A stretch of 64,000 nucleotides of DNA, taken from assembly GCF_963676685.1 (NCBI RefSeq), contig NC_092350.1:26846001-26910000 (forward strand). The letters run 5' to 3'. This stretch comes from Mytilus edulis. Lineage: Eukaryota. The notes beneath the pieces were generated by a model. The model did not search any database. It saw nothing but the letters and a program-made list of their open reading frames with translations, and had not been told where the DNA came from. This document shows, one piece after another, positions 38,428-51,632 of this stretch (within the stretch, counting starts at the first letter, position 1; the number at the start of each line of letters is the position of its first letter). The position numbers and the translations under genes were made by a program.

Positions 38428-41400
38428 ATGGAATACACAGAAGTTGTGCAAAACTTTGTTCTTGACCACAAAATAGGACTCAGTGTTGCAGTAAGTGTTG
38501 GTGAGTATGAGTATAATTTCTTTTTCTTCAATTGTTGTATTGTTATGTGTCGACTCATAACATAGTGTGTTTATTGATTTTTTAAGTGTACTATTGTTTT
38601 ACATGGTAGTTTTTAGTAAACTTAAATTACTACAATGGATTCAGTATTATAATAAAAGTTATGGCGACCGCCGCTAATCTATAATACTAAAATTACGAGG
38701 TCCAATTTGTCAGCCGTCATCACGTAAAAACGACGAATCAAAGAATACAACTTTATATATAACTAATATAGTACAAAGGTGTAGATTAAAAATTACACCA
38801 CTTCAGGCCCTTTTGTTTTCCACGTAATTAATATTGCCAATAATTAAGAAGTTCCGGGTCGAGTCCGATACCGATACCAATAGTATATTCATCTGTTACC
38901 TATTACCTTATATGTACGTTCCGCATCTGACAGGCGCACTACCAAACGGTGTATTTAGGATTATGCTTCATACACGGGTCATAAGATTTGAAAGCAGAGA
39001 AAACTGTGTATCTTATAATCGGCATGACTTTATCAGATGAAAATACTAATACTAAAATAAGGCTTGCGCATAGTTATATACTTTAATTCAGTCACGGACC
39101 TGCGAAATCACGGGTGTGTTCTAGTGCTATATTAAAGACGTGTACATGCCAAAATTAATAGGTTCGATAATAATAAAATGAGAGTATGGATACTTTTTGT
39201 TCCAATTAAGAACTCCGGATTGGTAGCATGACACTACACACAAAACAGTTCACTAGGATTTTGTCATTTATTATTTTTATGCCCCACCTACGATAGATGT
39301 TTTCTGGTCTGTGCCTCCGTTCGTTCGTTCGTCCGTGCGTCCGTTCGCCCGTTCGCCAGTCTTCAGGTTAAAGTTTTTGGTCAAGGTACAAATGTAGTTT
39401 TTGATGAAGCCGAAGTCCAATCAACATGATCAACTTGAAATTTTTACTTAGTACACTTGTTGCTTATGATATGATCTTTATAATTTTAAAGCCAAATTAG
39501 ACTTTTTACCCAATATCATGGTCCATTGAACATGGAAAATGATAGTTCGAGTGGAGCATCCGTGTACTTAGGACACATTCTTGTTTATTTTTATTTTTTC
39601 ATCATTTTTTATTATTATTATTAAAATGGAATATTCAAATAGTCTAAATAGTGTTTTTCGTTTTATATGAATAATGTACATTTATTCTAGGCATTACCAG
39701 AACCATAAAATCGTTCAATTATCATCGTTATAAAGTTATATCCTATTATGTTAATTTACGTCCTGTTAAACGTTTGTTTGTACGTCTTTTTTTTTTGAAG
39801 GATTAATTCGGTGTTGGTGGTTGTTGTTTGGTCTGTTAAATACTTTCAGTAGTTCTTGTTACCCTTTTAAAGTTTTATGATATTTGAAATTTTAACTATG
39901 GGGTTAGAATAGCACGGGGAGCAGGTGCGGATCCAGCCATTTGAAAAAAGGGACGGGATCCCAACCCAGGACAAAAAGGGGAGGGGGTTCCAACTATATG
40001 TCCCCATTCAAATGCATTGATCGTCCAAAAAAAAGGGGGGTTCCAACCCCTTGAACCCTCCCCCTGGATCCGCCAATGGCTTATATGAAAAGTTAACGGT
40101 CAACGCATTGTCGCTACTTAAAGCTATAAAGTTCACTTTAAATACGATATCAACACTTGCTACCATCTTATTTTCTAACTTTCACTTATATATATATACT
40201 ATTAGTAGTGAAACATTGGTATTATTTCTTGTACAGCACTAAATTAATCTTTAAGTTAGACATTTTTGCATTTAATTTTAGGTGTTGTGTTATGGGGAAT
40301 ACGACGATATGTGAAGGGACCCAGATATTATGGCAAAAGGCGAATTGATGGTAAAACAGTAATAATTACTGGTGGAAACACAGGGATTGGTAAAGAAACA
40401 GCAATAGATCTGGCAAAACGAGGTACAATGATGAGTACATTTATTGCGCAATTTTAAGCATACATTTACTGCTGTTTTATTAATTATAGATATCAAATAA
40501 GTTTGGTATGCTTTCCTATGAGATAAATCTACGATTTCTATGCACAATACTATCGCTGTAAATATCAAGATATGATACATGTATGTCTTTCGTAACAATG
40601 AAACTGTTTGAAATATACACACCGAGGAATACCACTGCCAAAAAAAAATATTATTAGCTAACCTGTCCCAAAGAACCAAGTGAGCTTTTCTCATCACCTG
40701 GTGTCCGGCGTCCGGCGTCGTTAATTTTTAAAAAAAATCTTCTCTTGTGAAACTACTGGGCCAAATTTAACTAAACTAGACAACAATCATCCCGATCACA
40801 ACGGTATCTAGTTAAATAAAATGTGTCTGATGACCCCGCCCACGAATCAAGATGCCCGAGATGGCTTCAGATAGAACATGCAGTTTTTGGAAACAAAAGC
40901 AAATGTATAACAGTTGCGTTAATGTATGCTTCAATTGTAAATAAAAATATCAGGTGAGCGATACAGTATCACTAGATGCATCTAGTTAAGCAACAAAACA
41001 CTATCTCTGCTGTCATACGTTTTTCAAATTAGTTTAGAAAGCTACCCGTTCGAAACTAAAATATTCAAATCTAGAAAAGGATATTATTGCTACATACGTG
41101 TATATTAATTTTAAGTGTATTTATAGTTAGTTTCATTAGTTAAATTCCGCGTTATGCTTATAGAATTTTTTTTATTATTTAAAGCAAACACATCATCCAG
41201 ATAGTGGTACTCGCTACTAAATTAGTTTAAATGATAGATCATTACTGTGATTCATTCTGAAAGATACAGAAACAAGTATGCTTTTTAAGCCGAAATGTTC
41301 ATATACGTTTTCATTTTTTGTCATTACAGTTAAGACGCACCACACAAATAAAAAAAAATGAAAAAAAAAACTGTCATCACAGTTACGACAAGTTTAATAA

Positions 41401-44400
41401 CGCATCAACTCCGTAGAGGAGGGGGCATTAAGTAATACCCTTGTCCTTCTGTACGTCCGTACAGCCGTTCGTCCCGAAATTGTTTTTGTTCTCTAACTTT
41501 TAAATCAGCTGGTTTAAACCAAATGTTATGACAAAACACAAATCAAGTTTTCCTAGAGGGAAAAAAGGCTGAATTCTTCGTTCTCGTTCTTCAGGCTTAA
41601 GTTTACCTCAACCAAATGTTATGAAACTAAAACACAATTCTTATTATCCACAAATTTAGAAATAGAACGAAGTGTGGAAGCGTCAATTTTACCTTTCTTG
41701 AGTTATGCCCCGTAATAACGTTAAATCAAGCAGGGCAATCATAAGTATTCCATGGACACGTTCCCCATTTGTTTATATCTAATATGTTAACACACCCTGC
41801 GATAATTTCAATGACATTGCAAATACATAAAACTAATTGTTTACAATAATTAAAAAGTAACAACACGTTCTGATATGTGTTATAACAAAAGAAACGGAAT
41901 GATTACATTGGGTTTGCCGTCTGTAAGGGATAGACCGCTCTATAACAAGAAGACATAATCATGATGCAATATCGAAATTTTCAAAAATGTCTTTTTTCTT
42001 TATTGAATTATCATTTCCATGTCCATTCTTTCATGTAATTGCCACACTATGTGTAAATCTAATAAGCAGAGATATTGCAAAAAAAAGTTGTGGTCGCTTA
42101 GTATGAATATGTACATGTACGTGCTCACGTTGAAATTGTATATTTTTAGGAGCCAAAGTTATAATTGCATGTCGTGACATGACTAGAGGAAACAACGCAG
42201 TTGGTGACATTAAACGTCTCAGTGGCAGCACAAATGTTTCGATGGTACAGCTAGATCTGGCTTCATTGAAATCCGTCAGAAAATTCGCTGAGGAAATACA
42301 CAAAACAGAGAAACGATTGGACATACTAATTAATAATGCTGGTAAGATTGAGCTTAGTTTTTTTTCTGAATCAACTGTAAATCTGTTTGCCACTTTATTG
42401 TTATAACATACACGGTACATGTACCAGTTTTGCTGCATCAGATGCGCATTTTGACAATCAATGTTTCTTCAGTGATGCTCTAGGCCAAAATATTTGAATC
42501 CTAAACTTTTTATGTAACCTTCATCTGATACTTTCATAACAAAAAAAGTGGATGTTTCATAATATAAAAAAGAAGATGTGGTATGATTGCCAATGAGACA
42601 GCTCTCCACAAGAGACCAAAATGACACAGAAATTAACAACTATAGGTTACCGTACGGCCTTCAAAACTTTTTCAAGTAACAAAAACAAAATTAGTAAATT
42701 GGTAAATCTGACACTAATGTTTTACACATTCGTGCAATTCAATTCATATGAAGATAATTGTTGTGAAATAAAGGATTACTATCATGACTATTGTAGTTGA
42801 AAAATTATTCAGTTGTCAAAGTACATGTCTATTCGTAACACAGACATGACAGAATAAAAACATCGAACCACCAATGGACCCATTACTTTATTCTCAAACG
42901 ATTCTAACTGTATGCAGGAGTTATGGCTTGTCCTTACATGAAGACAGAAGATGGACTTGAAATGCAGTTCGGAGTCAATCACATTGGCCATTTTCTTTTG
43001 ACCAACCTACTGTTAGATCTGATAAAGAAAGCAGCACCAAGTCGTATTGTTAACGTGTCATCCTTAGCACATGTCTTTAGTGAGTATTGTTAATATCTCA
43101 TTCTTAGCACATTTCTTTAGTGAGTATTATTAACGTGTCATCCTTATCACATGTCTTGAGTCAGTATATTGTTAACGGGTCTTCCTTCAGTTGCTGAATC
43201 TCTTTGTTGGTATTATCAATGTGCAAGCCTTAGCAAATACCATTAGTAGATATTTAGACCATGTCATTCTTAACAACTGTATTGGTACTGTGTATTGTTA
43301 ATGTGCACATATAATTAATTTTTAAATAAGAAGGGATTAAGAATTTATGTGTCATCCTTTGGAAGTAGCTTGGTAGGGTTTTATTATTGTGTCATACTTA
43401 GCACATACCATTGTATAATTATGTTTGTTTAGTGTCATCCATTGCAAATATCTCGGTATGTATTGTTCATGTTTGATCAATAGCACATATCATTCGTATA
43501 TATTGCTAAGAAAACGATTATCATTTTTAGTGGTTTTGTTTTACGTGTCATCCTTAGAAAATATCTTAGTATGTATATTGTTCATGCTTTATCCTTAGCA
43601 CATATCATATCATTAGACCAGATATCATTAGTAGGAATTATTATTGTGTCATCCTTAACAAATCTTTAGGTATGTATTGTTAACAAATCTTTAGGTATGT
43701 ATTGTTAAGGTGAATTGGAATATTCTTGATATTCATTTTATCTGAGTTCAGTACAAGTATGTTTTCCTGTTTGAATGGTTTTTAAATTATAGTAAGTTTT
43801 GGGCCTTTTATAGCTTGCTGTTCGGTATCCGCCATGGGTCCGGCTTAAAAGCCATACTTTGGCCTATAATGGTTCACTTTTTAAAAATTGTGACTTTGAT
43901 GGAAAGTTATCTCATTAATAATACATTTGTATACCACTTCTTCTTATATATAAATGCATGTAATAACCATATAAAGATCTCATAGTTAGTTAAATATATG
44001 TTTTGTTTATTTCATTTTATGTATTTTAGCTGGTCAACTGAATTTTGATGACATTGCAAAGAGGGAAAGGTATTACAATGCGGAAGAAGCTTATACACAG
44101 AGCAAACTGTGTAACATTTTATTTACCAAAGAATTGGCATCTCGATTATCAGGTAAGAAGTTTAGCGAAACAGACTTATGATTGGACCATTGGTTTTCTG
44201 GTTTAAATTGTGTCAAATTTAATCATGTTGAGGTGTTTTATAGATTTCTATATGGTTTGGGTTTTGCTCATTGTTGCAGGCTGTACGGTAACATATATAG
44301 TTGCGTACATACAGGTTATCTGTTTGAAAGTTGTCTCTTTGACAATCAAACCTCATCATTATTTTTAATCAACCTCACACGATTTAATAAAAAAAAATGA

Positions 44401-46691
44401 ATCGTAGTTTGGTTTTACATTTACTTACTAAGAAATCATTTCTCATTTGTAATTGATATTTTTATTAAGTTAACATGTAGTACTATGAATTTATCCAAAT
44501 CTGTTCTATCGAGATATGAACTGTAATTCTCATTTTGATACGAGTAGTCCGCGAGATGCATGAAGTTGTTGATTTAAATTTCAAATCTAATTTTAAAACA
44601 ACTATGTGACATTGTTTGAAGAATTAATAAAATTAAGTCATACTAATATGATACATTTAATTCTTTTTGAAAAACAGCTCTAAAATATATATAACATAAC
44701 AGTGGACTTAGTCACAGAGTGAGTACTTCAGTTCTAACAAAATTAATAAGATACAAAATTTTCCGTTCATGAAATAAGTAATTTTAAGAAACTAAGTTTC
44801 CAACTCCTTCAGTAAAAACTGATCTTTTAGATCTATTAAGCTACGTTTTATAGGTCCGTGTGGTCGTACAGCTCTTAGCGTGTTCAAAAACCGCTGCTGC
44901 TAACTGATTGTCCCCGAAAAAATCATCTGTTTCAGCTTAGTCAACACTGCTTCAATATTCACATGAATTAAATAATACCTTGCTTTAAATAACCATTTAT
45001 AGATACAGAAATTTAAAGAAACAATGAATTGAGGAGCACAAAAGAGGTGGAAGAATCGGACAATAAATATTTATAAATAATGACAAACCTACAAAACCAC
45101 GGTAAAACAGGAACGACGAAATGACAAACAAATCTAGGTATCTATATCAACACTCATTGACCAAATCTGGTAAAAGTTTGTAAGAATGTTTAAAATACGT
45201 AGACTTGTATTTAACAAAAAGTCATTGATACATAATACCATTAAAGATGACTAACACAATCATGTCGTTATAACTGCAGGTACAGGAGTGACAACTTATT
45301 CTCTACATCCGGGTGCTATTGACACAGAGTTAGGAAGGCACTGGAGAAGTAAACAGAGGCTTATTAGAGAACCCATTTATTTCATATATTCTCTCTTTAC
45401 CAAAACTCCATATGAAGGAGCTCTAACTAATATATACTGTGCAGTTGATGAATCATTGGATAAGGAAACAGGAAAATATTACAGGTAAATGATAAACTTT
45501 TAATTGAGACAGCTAGTGCACTATTAGAAAATGAAATATCAAACATTCTTTTGATAAAATGTAATTTTTAATGATCAGATTGAACAGTTTTATATAGTCA
45601 AAATTCGTATTAAGAAACACCAAAACCGAAACAAATGTCCCACTATTATACTATTATAAGTTTCCAGCAAATTCCATAAATTTGTACTTATTGTATTTTA
45701 AAATTGTAAGATTTTTTTCTCTGAATATGTATGGCTTAATTTCCACTGGACATCAAGCAAGCAACAATCTATCAATCAAGTCGAATGTAGACTTTCATTT
45801 TTTCGAAGTGATTTTTATCACTATTTGATGAAAAATAGTATGTTCGGTAAATAAATGAATGTATGTTGCATTTAGTTTTATTTTGGTGGTTTTAAGAATG
45901 ACGACAGCACACTTGTACCAACAAATAGTTGAAGACTACAACAGATATATATCACATGTTAAAACATATGCAATCATTTTAGTCAGTTGAGGTAACTACA
46001 AATCTATCCAAACCAATTACCTCATTTAAAAACTGAACAGAATGTCCCAAACTGCCTCGTAAAATACATGTATATAGAAGAAGCACGAAAAGAACTGTTA
46101 ACGAGCAACCCGAAAACGGTGGCAAACTTTATCATAGACTGTTTAAGGATATGACAAGATGTTATATAAACATTTTTACTTTAACAAAACTACACAATGT
46201 AAAAACTGTAAAACTAAAAATATTGTACATCAAATCAAATGTAGCTATACATGTATAATAATGTTTTCAAATAACAGCGATTCGTAAGCCTATAAGGCTG
46301 GCTGAAAATAAAAATGTTCATAACATAATGTATTATATAATGGCAATTCAGGTTGCACTTTAATGAATTATTCATTCATTCATTCATATAACAATTTGAA
46401 CTGTTACATTCTTTTAGTTGAACAATGCAAATAAACCATCTACTTTAACAGTCAATACAAATGATAAATATAGCCTAGATATGTCGTCTTGAACTCATTA
46501 ACCAAAAGCATACTAGTAATACTTTTGAACTTTTGACTTTTTTGGTGAATACATTTTGTAACATAATTATTAGTGTGAACTGGTTTCATTGTTTCAGTGA
46601 CTGTGCCGAAAAGGCTCCTTCCAAACCAGCTTTAGATGAAGGGGCTGCCAAGAAGTTATGGGAATTGTCAGAAAAACTTGTTGGTCTTTAA
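38428..46691 (+). CDS. Retinol dehydrogenase 11/12/13-like SDR, paralog B, 7 coding exons, 329 aa
   Basis: Exons 38428-38500, 40282-40422, 42150-42341, 42918-43079, 44030-44152, 45280-45484, 46598-46691. GT-AG, same intron positions and phases as paralog A, total 990 nt. Motifs [52 protein letters not shown]. Confidence 0.93.
38678..39124 (+). mobile_element. Non-autonomous Helitron (447 bp) in RDH-B intron 1
   Basis: Starts A|TCTATAATACTAAAA and ends CTAG|T, with a subterminal GC-rich hairpin ACCTGCGAAATCACGGGT ~5 nt before CTAG; A-T target and no TSD. Confidence 0.72.
39922..40078. mobile_element. Short MITE (CAGGTGCGGATCCAG...CTGGATCCGCCAATG)
   Basis: Imperfect 15-bp TIRs; TSD not evident. 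Confidence 0.55.
40652..40986 (+). mobile_element. Internally deleted, diverged HINE of a related family
   Basis: TTAGCTAACCTGTCCCAAAGAACCAAGTGAGCTTTTCTCATCAC...CAGGTGAGCGATACAG...CTAGTT. Confidence 0.65.
42435..42478 (-). ncRNA. Variant, degenerate type I hammerhead motif (second subfamily)
   Basis: Reverse complement GCATCA-CTGAAGA-AACA(ttgat)TGTC-AAAA-TGCGCA-TC-TGATGC. Same spacing as the other copies with different but still pairing stems; core G of GAAA mutated. Confidence 0.5.
43045..43710 (+). repeat. Degenerate ~40-bp minisatellite derived from the RDH-B exon 4 end and splice donor
   Basis: Unit TATTGTTAACGTGTCATCCTTAGCACATGTCTTTAGTGAG. Copy 1 spans the exon/intron junction; roughly 15 progressively decayed copies follow. 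Confidence 0.85.
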
Positions 46692-47829
46692 ATGTGAAAA
46701 ATCTAAGGTGTAAATATATGTATACCTAGTAACTTATCTGTGGCGCAAGAAGAAATGGAAAACAACTGTCTATAATTATGAACATACTGCTGAAATACCT
46801 TAATGATGAAATAAAGACTTTTATTTCCATTTTTTGCTAAGTAGGTCATAATAATTGTAATTGATTTGATAATCTGTTGTGTATTTTATAAACATAAAAA
46901 AAAATTTCGACTTTACTTTTATATGTAATAAACGTCCAGTACATGTAGCACCTAAATATATGAAAAATGCATGCCCTGTTTCCTCAACAAGAATTCGATA
47001 AGTTTACTTGCATTGCTTTTACTGTATTCTGTATGACTCAGTGTACTAAGCTCTTGGATTATTATACTTTTACCTTATTCTAATTCACTAGTAGCACTTC
47101 AGTCCGTCCCTTCTGATGCTGCGTTATCAATCGATATCTTTTTCATCTTATCTTTAAACTAGGACATACTATATTGAATTCGAATATTGCGAAGAATTTA
47201 TTTGCTTTTTAGAATATATATGTCTGTACAACCTGTACAATCTAAACTAATGAGTATGTATCTCTTCTGGCTGGAATTTTAGGCGACTGTCATACATGTA
47301 ATAGGTTTAGCTTTCTATAAAACCAGGTTGAATTCACCATTTTCTACTCAAAGAAGATGTCTGTACCAAGTCCATAATATGACAGTTGTCCATTGATGTG
47401 CCTGAGCTTTTGATTTTGCCATTCGATTAGTGACTTTCCGTTTTGAATTTTCCTTCGAGTTCAGTATTTTATGATTTTACTTTTGAGTCAAACAGGTATG
47501 TTAAATATTATAAATTAAAAACAGTTGATAGCGTTATTTTCTAAACAGGTTAAATGTATACACACATTACAGAAACCTCGATTACTTTTATCATCGGCAG
47601 AGTAAGAGGTTTTGATTAGTTTTACTTGGTATGTATGACGAGACCCGATTAAATATGTTTTTGTTGCATCAGATGAAACTCTTATTTAAAAGGCATCTAC
47701 ATGTAAAAACTAACGGAATAAACGTGACTTTAAGTAGTTTTACAGGTGAATAAATATATCATGTATGTTAACACGTAAAATACAGTAACTCCAACAAACA
47801 AGGACTTTTTAGCCCAACAGAAACAGCTA

Positions 47830-48134
47830 GAACAAGAATGTGTCTCCAGTACACGAATGCCCATCCGCACTATCATTTTCTATGTTCAGTGGACCGTTAA
47901 ACTGGGAGAAAATCACTAAATTGGCATGAAATCTAGAAAGATTATATCATAGGAAACACATGTACTAAGTTTCAAGTTGATTGGACTTCAACTTCAAAAA
48001 CTACCTCGATCAAAATCTTTAACCAAAACTTTAACCTGAAGCGGGACAGACGGACGAACGGACGGACGAACGAACAAACGAATGAACGGACGCACAGACC
48101 AGAAAACATAATGCCCATAAATGGGGCATAAAAA
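47830..48134 (-). mobile_element. Second HINE-like family with a (CGTC/CGTT)n microsatellite
   Basis: Minus strand TTTTTATGCCCCATTTATGGGCAT...(tccg/ttcg)n...GGGCATTCGTGTACTGGAGACACATTCTTGTT. Related copies at ~39275-39585, ~41395-41772, and a 3' fragment at ~51155-51196. Confidence 0.65.
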
Positions 48135-48219
48135 TCATAAAACAGTTTCATGCACTTATACTATGATAGAATACAGACTTTGTTTCAAGTTAGTTAATAT
48201 ATAGTATGCTCAGATATAT

Positions 48220-51200
48220 CTACCGATTTGCTTTGTTACTACGTTTTTTTGGACTTTTCCAATATTGAGCTTCTTCGGCCTTTTTCCGTCTTGGTTTTAA
48301 ACAAAATCCACACACACTGGTTGCAGACTTTTCAACGCCACTGTAATACTTAAACAATGATAACTGTTCATGATTTGTTAGTATTCCTGTGCTTACTATT
48401 TCATCAGAAAATGTTTGGAGAGGAATTGAAGGAATTCTAACTTGGAATAACAATGGTCCAAGTTCCTGTCTTTTTTCTTCTCCACTTGTGTTTTTGTCTT
48501 TTAATTGACATTGAGCTGTAGCCCATTTATTTAAAGTTTTGAAGAGGGTAAGTTCATCAATTAAAATAGAATCAGCTTTCTGAAGAAAAATTGTCAATTC
48601 TTCTGCAGTTAGTGACATAAAATTCTTGTTTTTAACTACTTCTTCAAATTTAGTAGCAATTATAGACAAAGTTGTGTTGTACACATACTCTAAGTGAATT
48701 TGTTTCGAGTACCTAAAAACTTCAATGTAGTTAAATGGACGCTGAAGACAGTCTTGTATTTCACGTTTACATTGGTCTGCTAATTGTGCAACCCCATATT
48801 TTTCGGCACACTGAAAAATGTCCATTCGAGAAACCAACGACTCTTCTTTCCATTGTATGTTGTCAAGATATATAAACCTGCCAAAAATAATTAATTTGAA
48901 TATGTAAAATATAGAATTCAAAAATCTAACTTAATGACTCAATTTTGAGATTAACATAACAATGTGAGTGGTAAAACAAAAGCATTTGAATACAGTTTAA
49001 TCATATATATACTAGCAAATACCCCCAACACATGTACAATCAAACGACAAAAGTATTTGCTCTTACTAGTTAACGCTGAGTGGACAGCGAAGAGGAAGCA
49101 CAACATCAATCAGCTTTGACCGAAACAGCGATGGCATTACTTAGCTTAAACTTTTATGTCACAAATAGCGTAGCGAAGCAAGACGATAACCCCACTTTTT
49201 AGCTCACCTGGCTCGAAGGGTCAAGTGAGCTTTTCTCATCACTTTGCGTCCGTCGTTCGTCGTCGTCGTCGTCGTCGTCGTCCGGCGTCGTCTGTTAACT
49301 TTTACAAATATATTTTTCTCTGAAACTACAAGGCCAAATTTTACCAACTTAGCCACAATCATCATTGGAGTATCTTGTTTAAAAAATGTGTCCGGTAACC
49401 CGGCCAACCAACCAAGATGGCCGCCATGGCTAAAAATAAAACATAGGGGTAAAATGTAGATTTTGGTTTATAACTCTGAAACCAAAGCATTTAGAGCAAA
49501 TCTGAAAAGGGGTTAAATTGTTTATCTAGTAATATTTATCTGCTCTGAAATTTTCAGATGAATTGGACAATAGGTTGTTGGGTTGCTGCCCCACAATTAT
49601 TAAATTTAAAGAAATTTTGCTGTTTTTGGTTATCTTGAATATTAGTATAGACAGAGATAAACTGTCAGCAATAATGTTCAGCAAAGTAAGATCTACAAAT
49701 AAGTCAACATGACCTAAATGGTCAGTTGACACCCTCAAAGAGTTATTGCCCTTTATAGTCAATTTTTAACAATTTTCGTTAATTTTATAAATTTTTGTAA
49801 ATTTTTACAAAATATTTTTCTCTGTGTAACTAAAGGGCCAAGTTTATTATAGATGGAGAAAATTGTAAGTAGCAAGAATGTTCAGTAAAGTAAGATCTAC
49901 AAACACATCACCATCATCAAAACACAAAATTCATGAATCCATCTGTGTCCTTTGTTTAATACATGTATGCACATAGACCAAGGTGAGCGACACAGGCTCT
50001 GAAGAGCTTCTAGTTCGTATTACGGATCGTGAATTGAACAAAGGACATCAAGCATACTGGTATGCGTGATACCGTGAGATGACTGTGTTGTTCATTCTCT
50101 CATCAATAGCGAAACCGACGCTAACAAAATATACTACACTTGTTAAAATTTTTAAACGTTTAAATCCATAGCCTCTCCAAATCGATTTGTAAAGATTAAT
50201 TTGTGTGTTTTGGATTAAATCATGTGTGTTAAAAAAAAAAGCCATTTGGATCAACGACTATAAAATATATTTGCAATAAACAGTTCAATAAATAATAGAT
50301 CTAATAGAAATATAACAAAAAGTAGAAAGAGAATAAATATTTTAAAGTTAACTAAAAGTTTCACAAACCAATTAAGCAATTTTCAAAATTTTCCTCACCA
50401 CCTATTATTACACTAATAAACAAACAAATCGACAGACATGCACATATGGGTGGTTTAATTTTTTTTATCTTTTCATCCCGATTAACAGATTTTTTCAATA
50501 CATATATTATAACCTTTTAAAACAATTAAAATAGTCTTCAAATAGATCCTTTGTTTACAACTTTCGCCTTTGATCATACATCATGCTAACTGTACAAGTT
50601 GCAAGACGGTTAACAATTCAATATTTATAGATTCATGAGAAAATTAATGTTCCAGAATGAATTAATTTGAGGTAGTGGTAGGATTTCAATTGAGAAACCC
50701 CATCCACCAACAACCAAAAGACAAGGATTGACAAATTGTTCCTTTTTTGAAATTTATTGAAACTGTAATATGACTGGAATATTTGGAGGGAAAATTATAC
50801 AGAAATGATTATCCATATGTATAAGACTATAACATCCTCTCAAACATCTAAGACATATTAACATACCCCTAGTTTTTGGTGGGGTTCGTGTTGCTTAGTC
50901 TTTAGTTTTCTATGTTGTGTCTTGTGTAACATTATTTGTCTGTTTGTGTTTTTCTTTTTTAGTCATGGCGTTGTCAGTTTATTTTTGTTCTATGAGTTTG
51001 ACTGTCTCTTTTGTATCTTTCGTCCCTACTCGAGAAGATGCCCGCAAAATCGCGGTTCAGTTTTGAAACAAAGAGTTTTTAAATTTCTCGGGCTCACGTC
51101 AATACCAAATTCGAGTCTTGACCCCGATTGGTCCATTAAACTTAGAAAATGTTAGTGCGAGTGGGGCATCCGTGTACTATGGACACATTCTTGTTTAGAT

Positions 51201-51477
51201 AAATATAAAAAAAAAACATTGGATATTTTTTTAACAGATAGATAAATAAATACCTCAAGAGTAGCTTAAAAATGCCCGGTGAGCAATTCGTTATTTCAAC
51301 GCGCAGTTCATTATTTTCAAATGGTCCTTTCAGCAAACTTTCTAGGAAATTACTTGCGGTTGCAATAATAACTATATGTCCATGAAGTTCCAAATAATCA
51401 TTCTCCGGAAACACAAATATTACATCAGAAAATTTATTTTGTAAATATAACTTTCCTATCCGTTCTTTTACATCCAT
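48220..51477 (-). CDS. BTB/POZ-BACK protein (BTBD1/2/3/6-like), no C-terminal substrate domain, 2 exons, 293 aa
   Basis: Exon 1 51254-51477 (MDVKERIGKLYLQNKFSDVIFVF...HGHIVIIATASNFLESLLKGPF...FKLLLR), phase-2 GT-AG intron, exon 2 48220-48877 (FIYLDNI...AEKYGV...DELTLFKTLNKWA...LGPLLFQVRIP). Confidence 0.88.
49197..50014 (+). mobile_element. HINE, same family as 20426-22067, about one internal unit
   Basis: TTTTTAGCTCACCTGGCTCGAAGGGTCAAGTGAGC...(GTC)n...AAGGTGAGCGACACAGGCTCTGAAGAGCTTCTAGTT; lies in the intron of the - strand BTB gene. Confidence 0.8.
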
Positions 51478-51632
51478 ATTGGATAAATACTGTTTTTAAA
51501 ATTAATGTAGTTAGTGATTGAAAATTGTGATCGATAGTTACTAAGAGATAACAAAAACATATAAGCTTTATCATATCAACTTGAAACATTTGTCAACTAT
51601 TTTGGACATTATAATGTTAATTTAAAAAGAAA

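Noticed and set aside
38491-38496. Strong GTAAGT donor inside RDH-B exon 1
   Set aside because: It is phase 0 while exon 2 requires phase 1; homology with paralog A supports the donor at 38501.
43045-43710. CRISPR-like array
   Set aside because: Units are contiguous, degenerate and lack unique spacers; eukaryotic intron context and no cas genes.
17197-46691. Both RDH paralogs total exactly 990 nt despite five exons differing in length
   Set aside because: The indels happen to cancel; no mechanism is needed.
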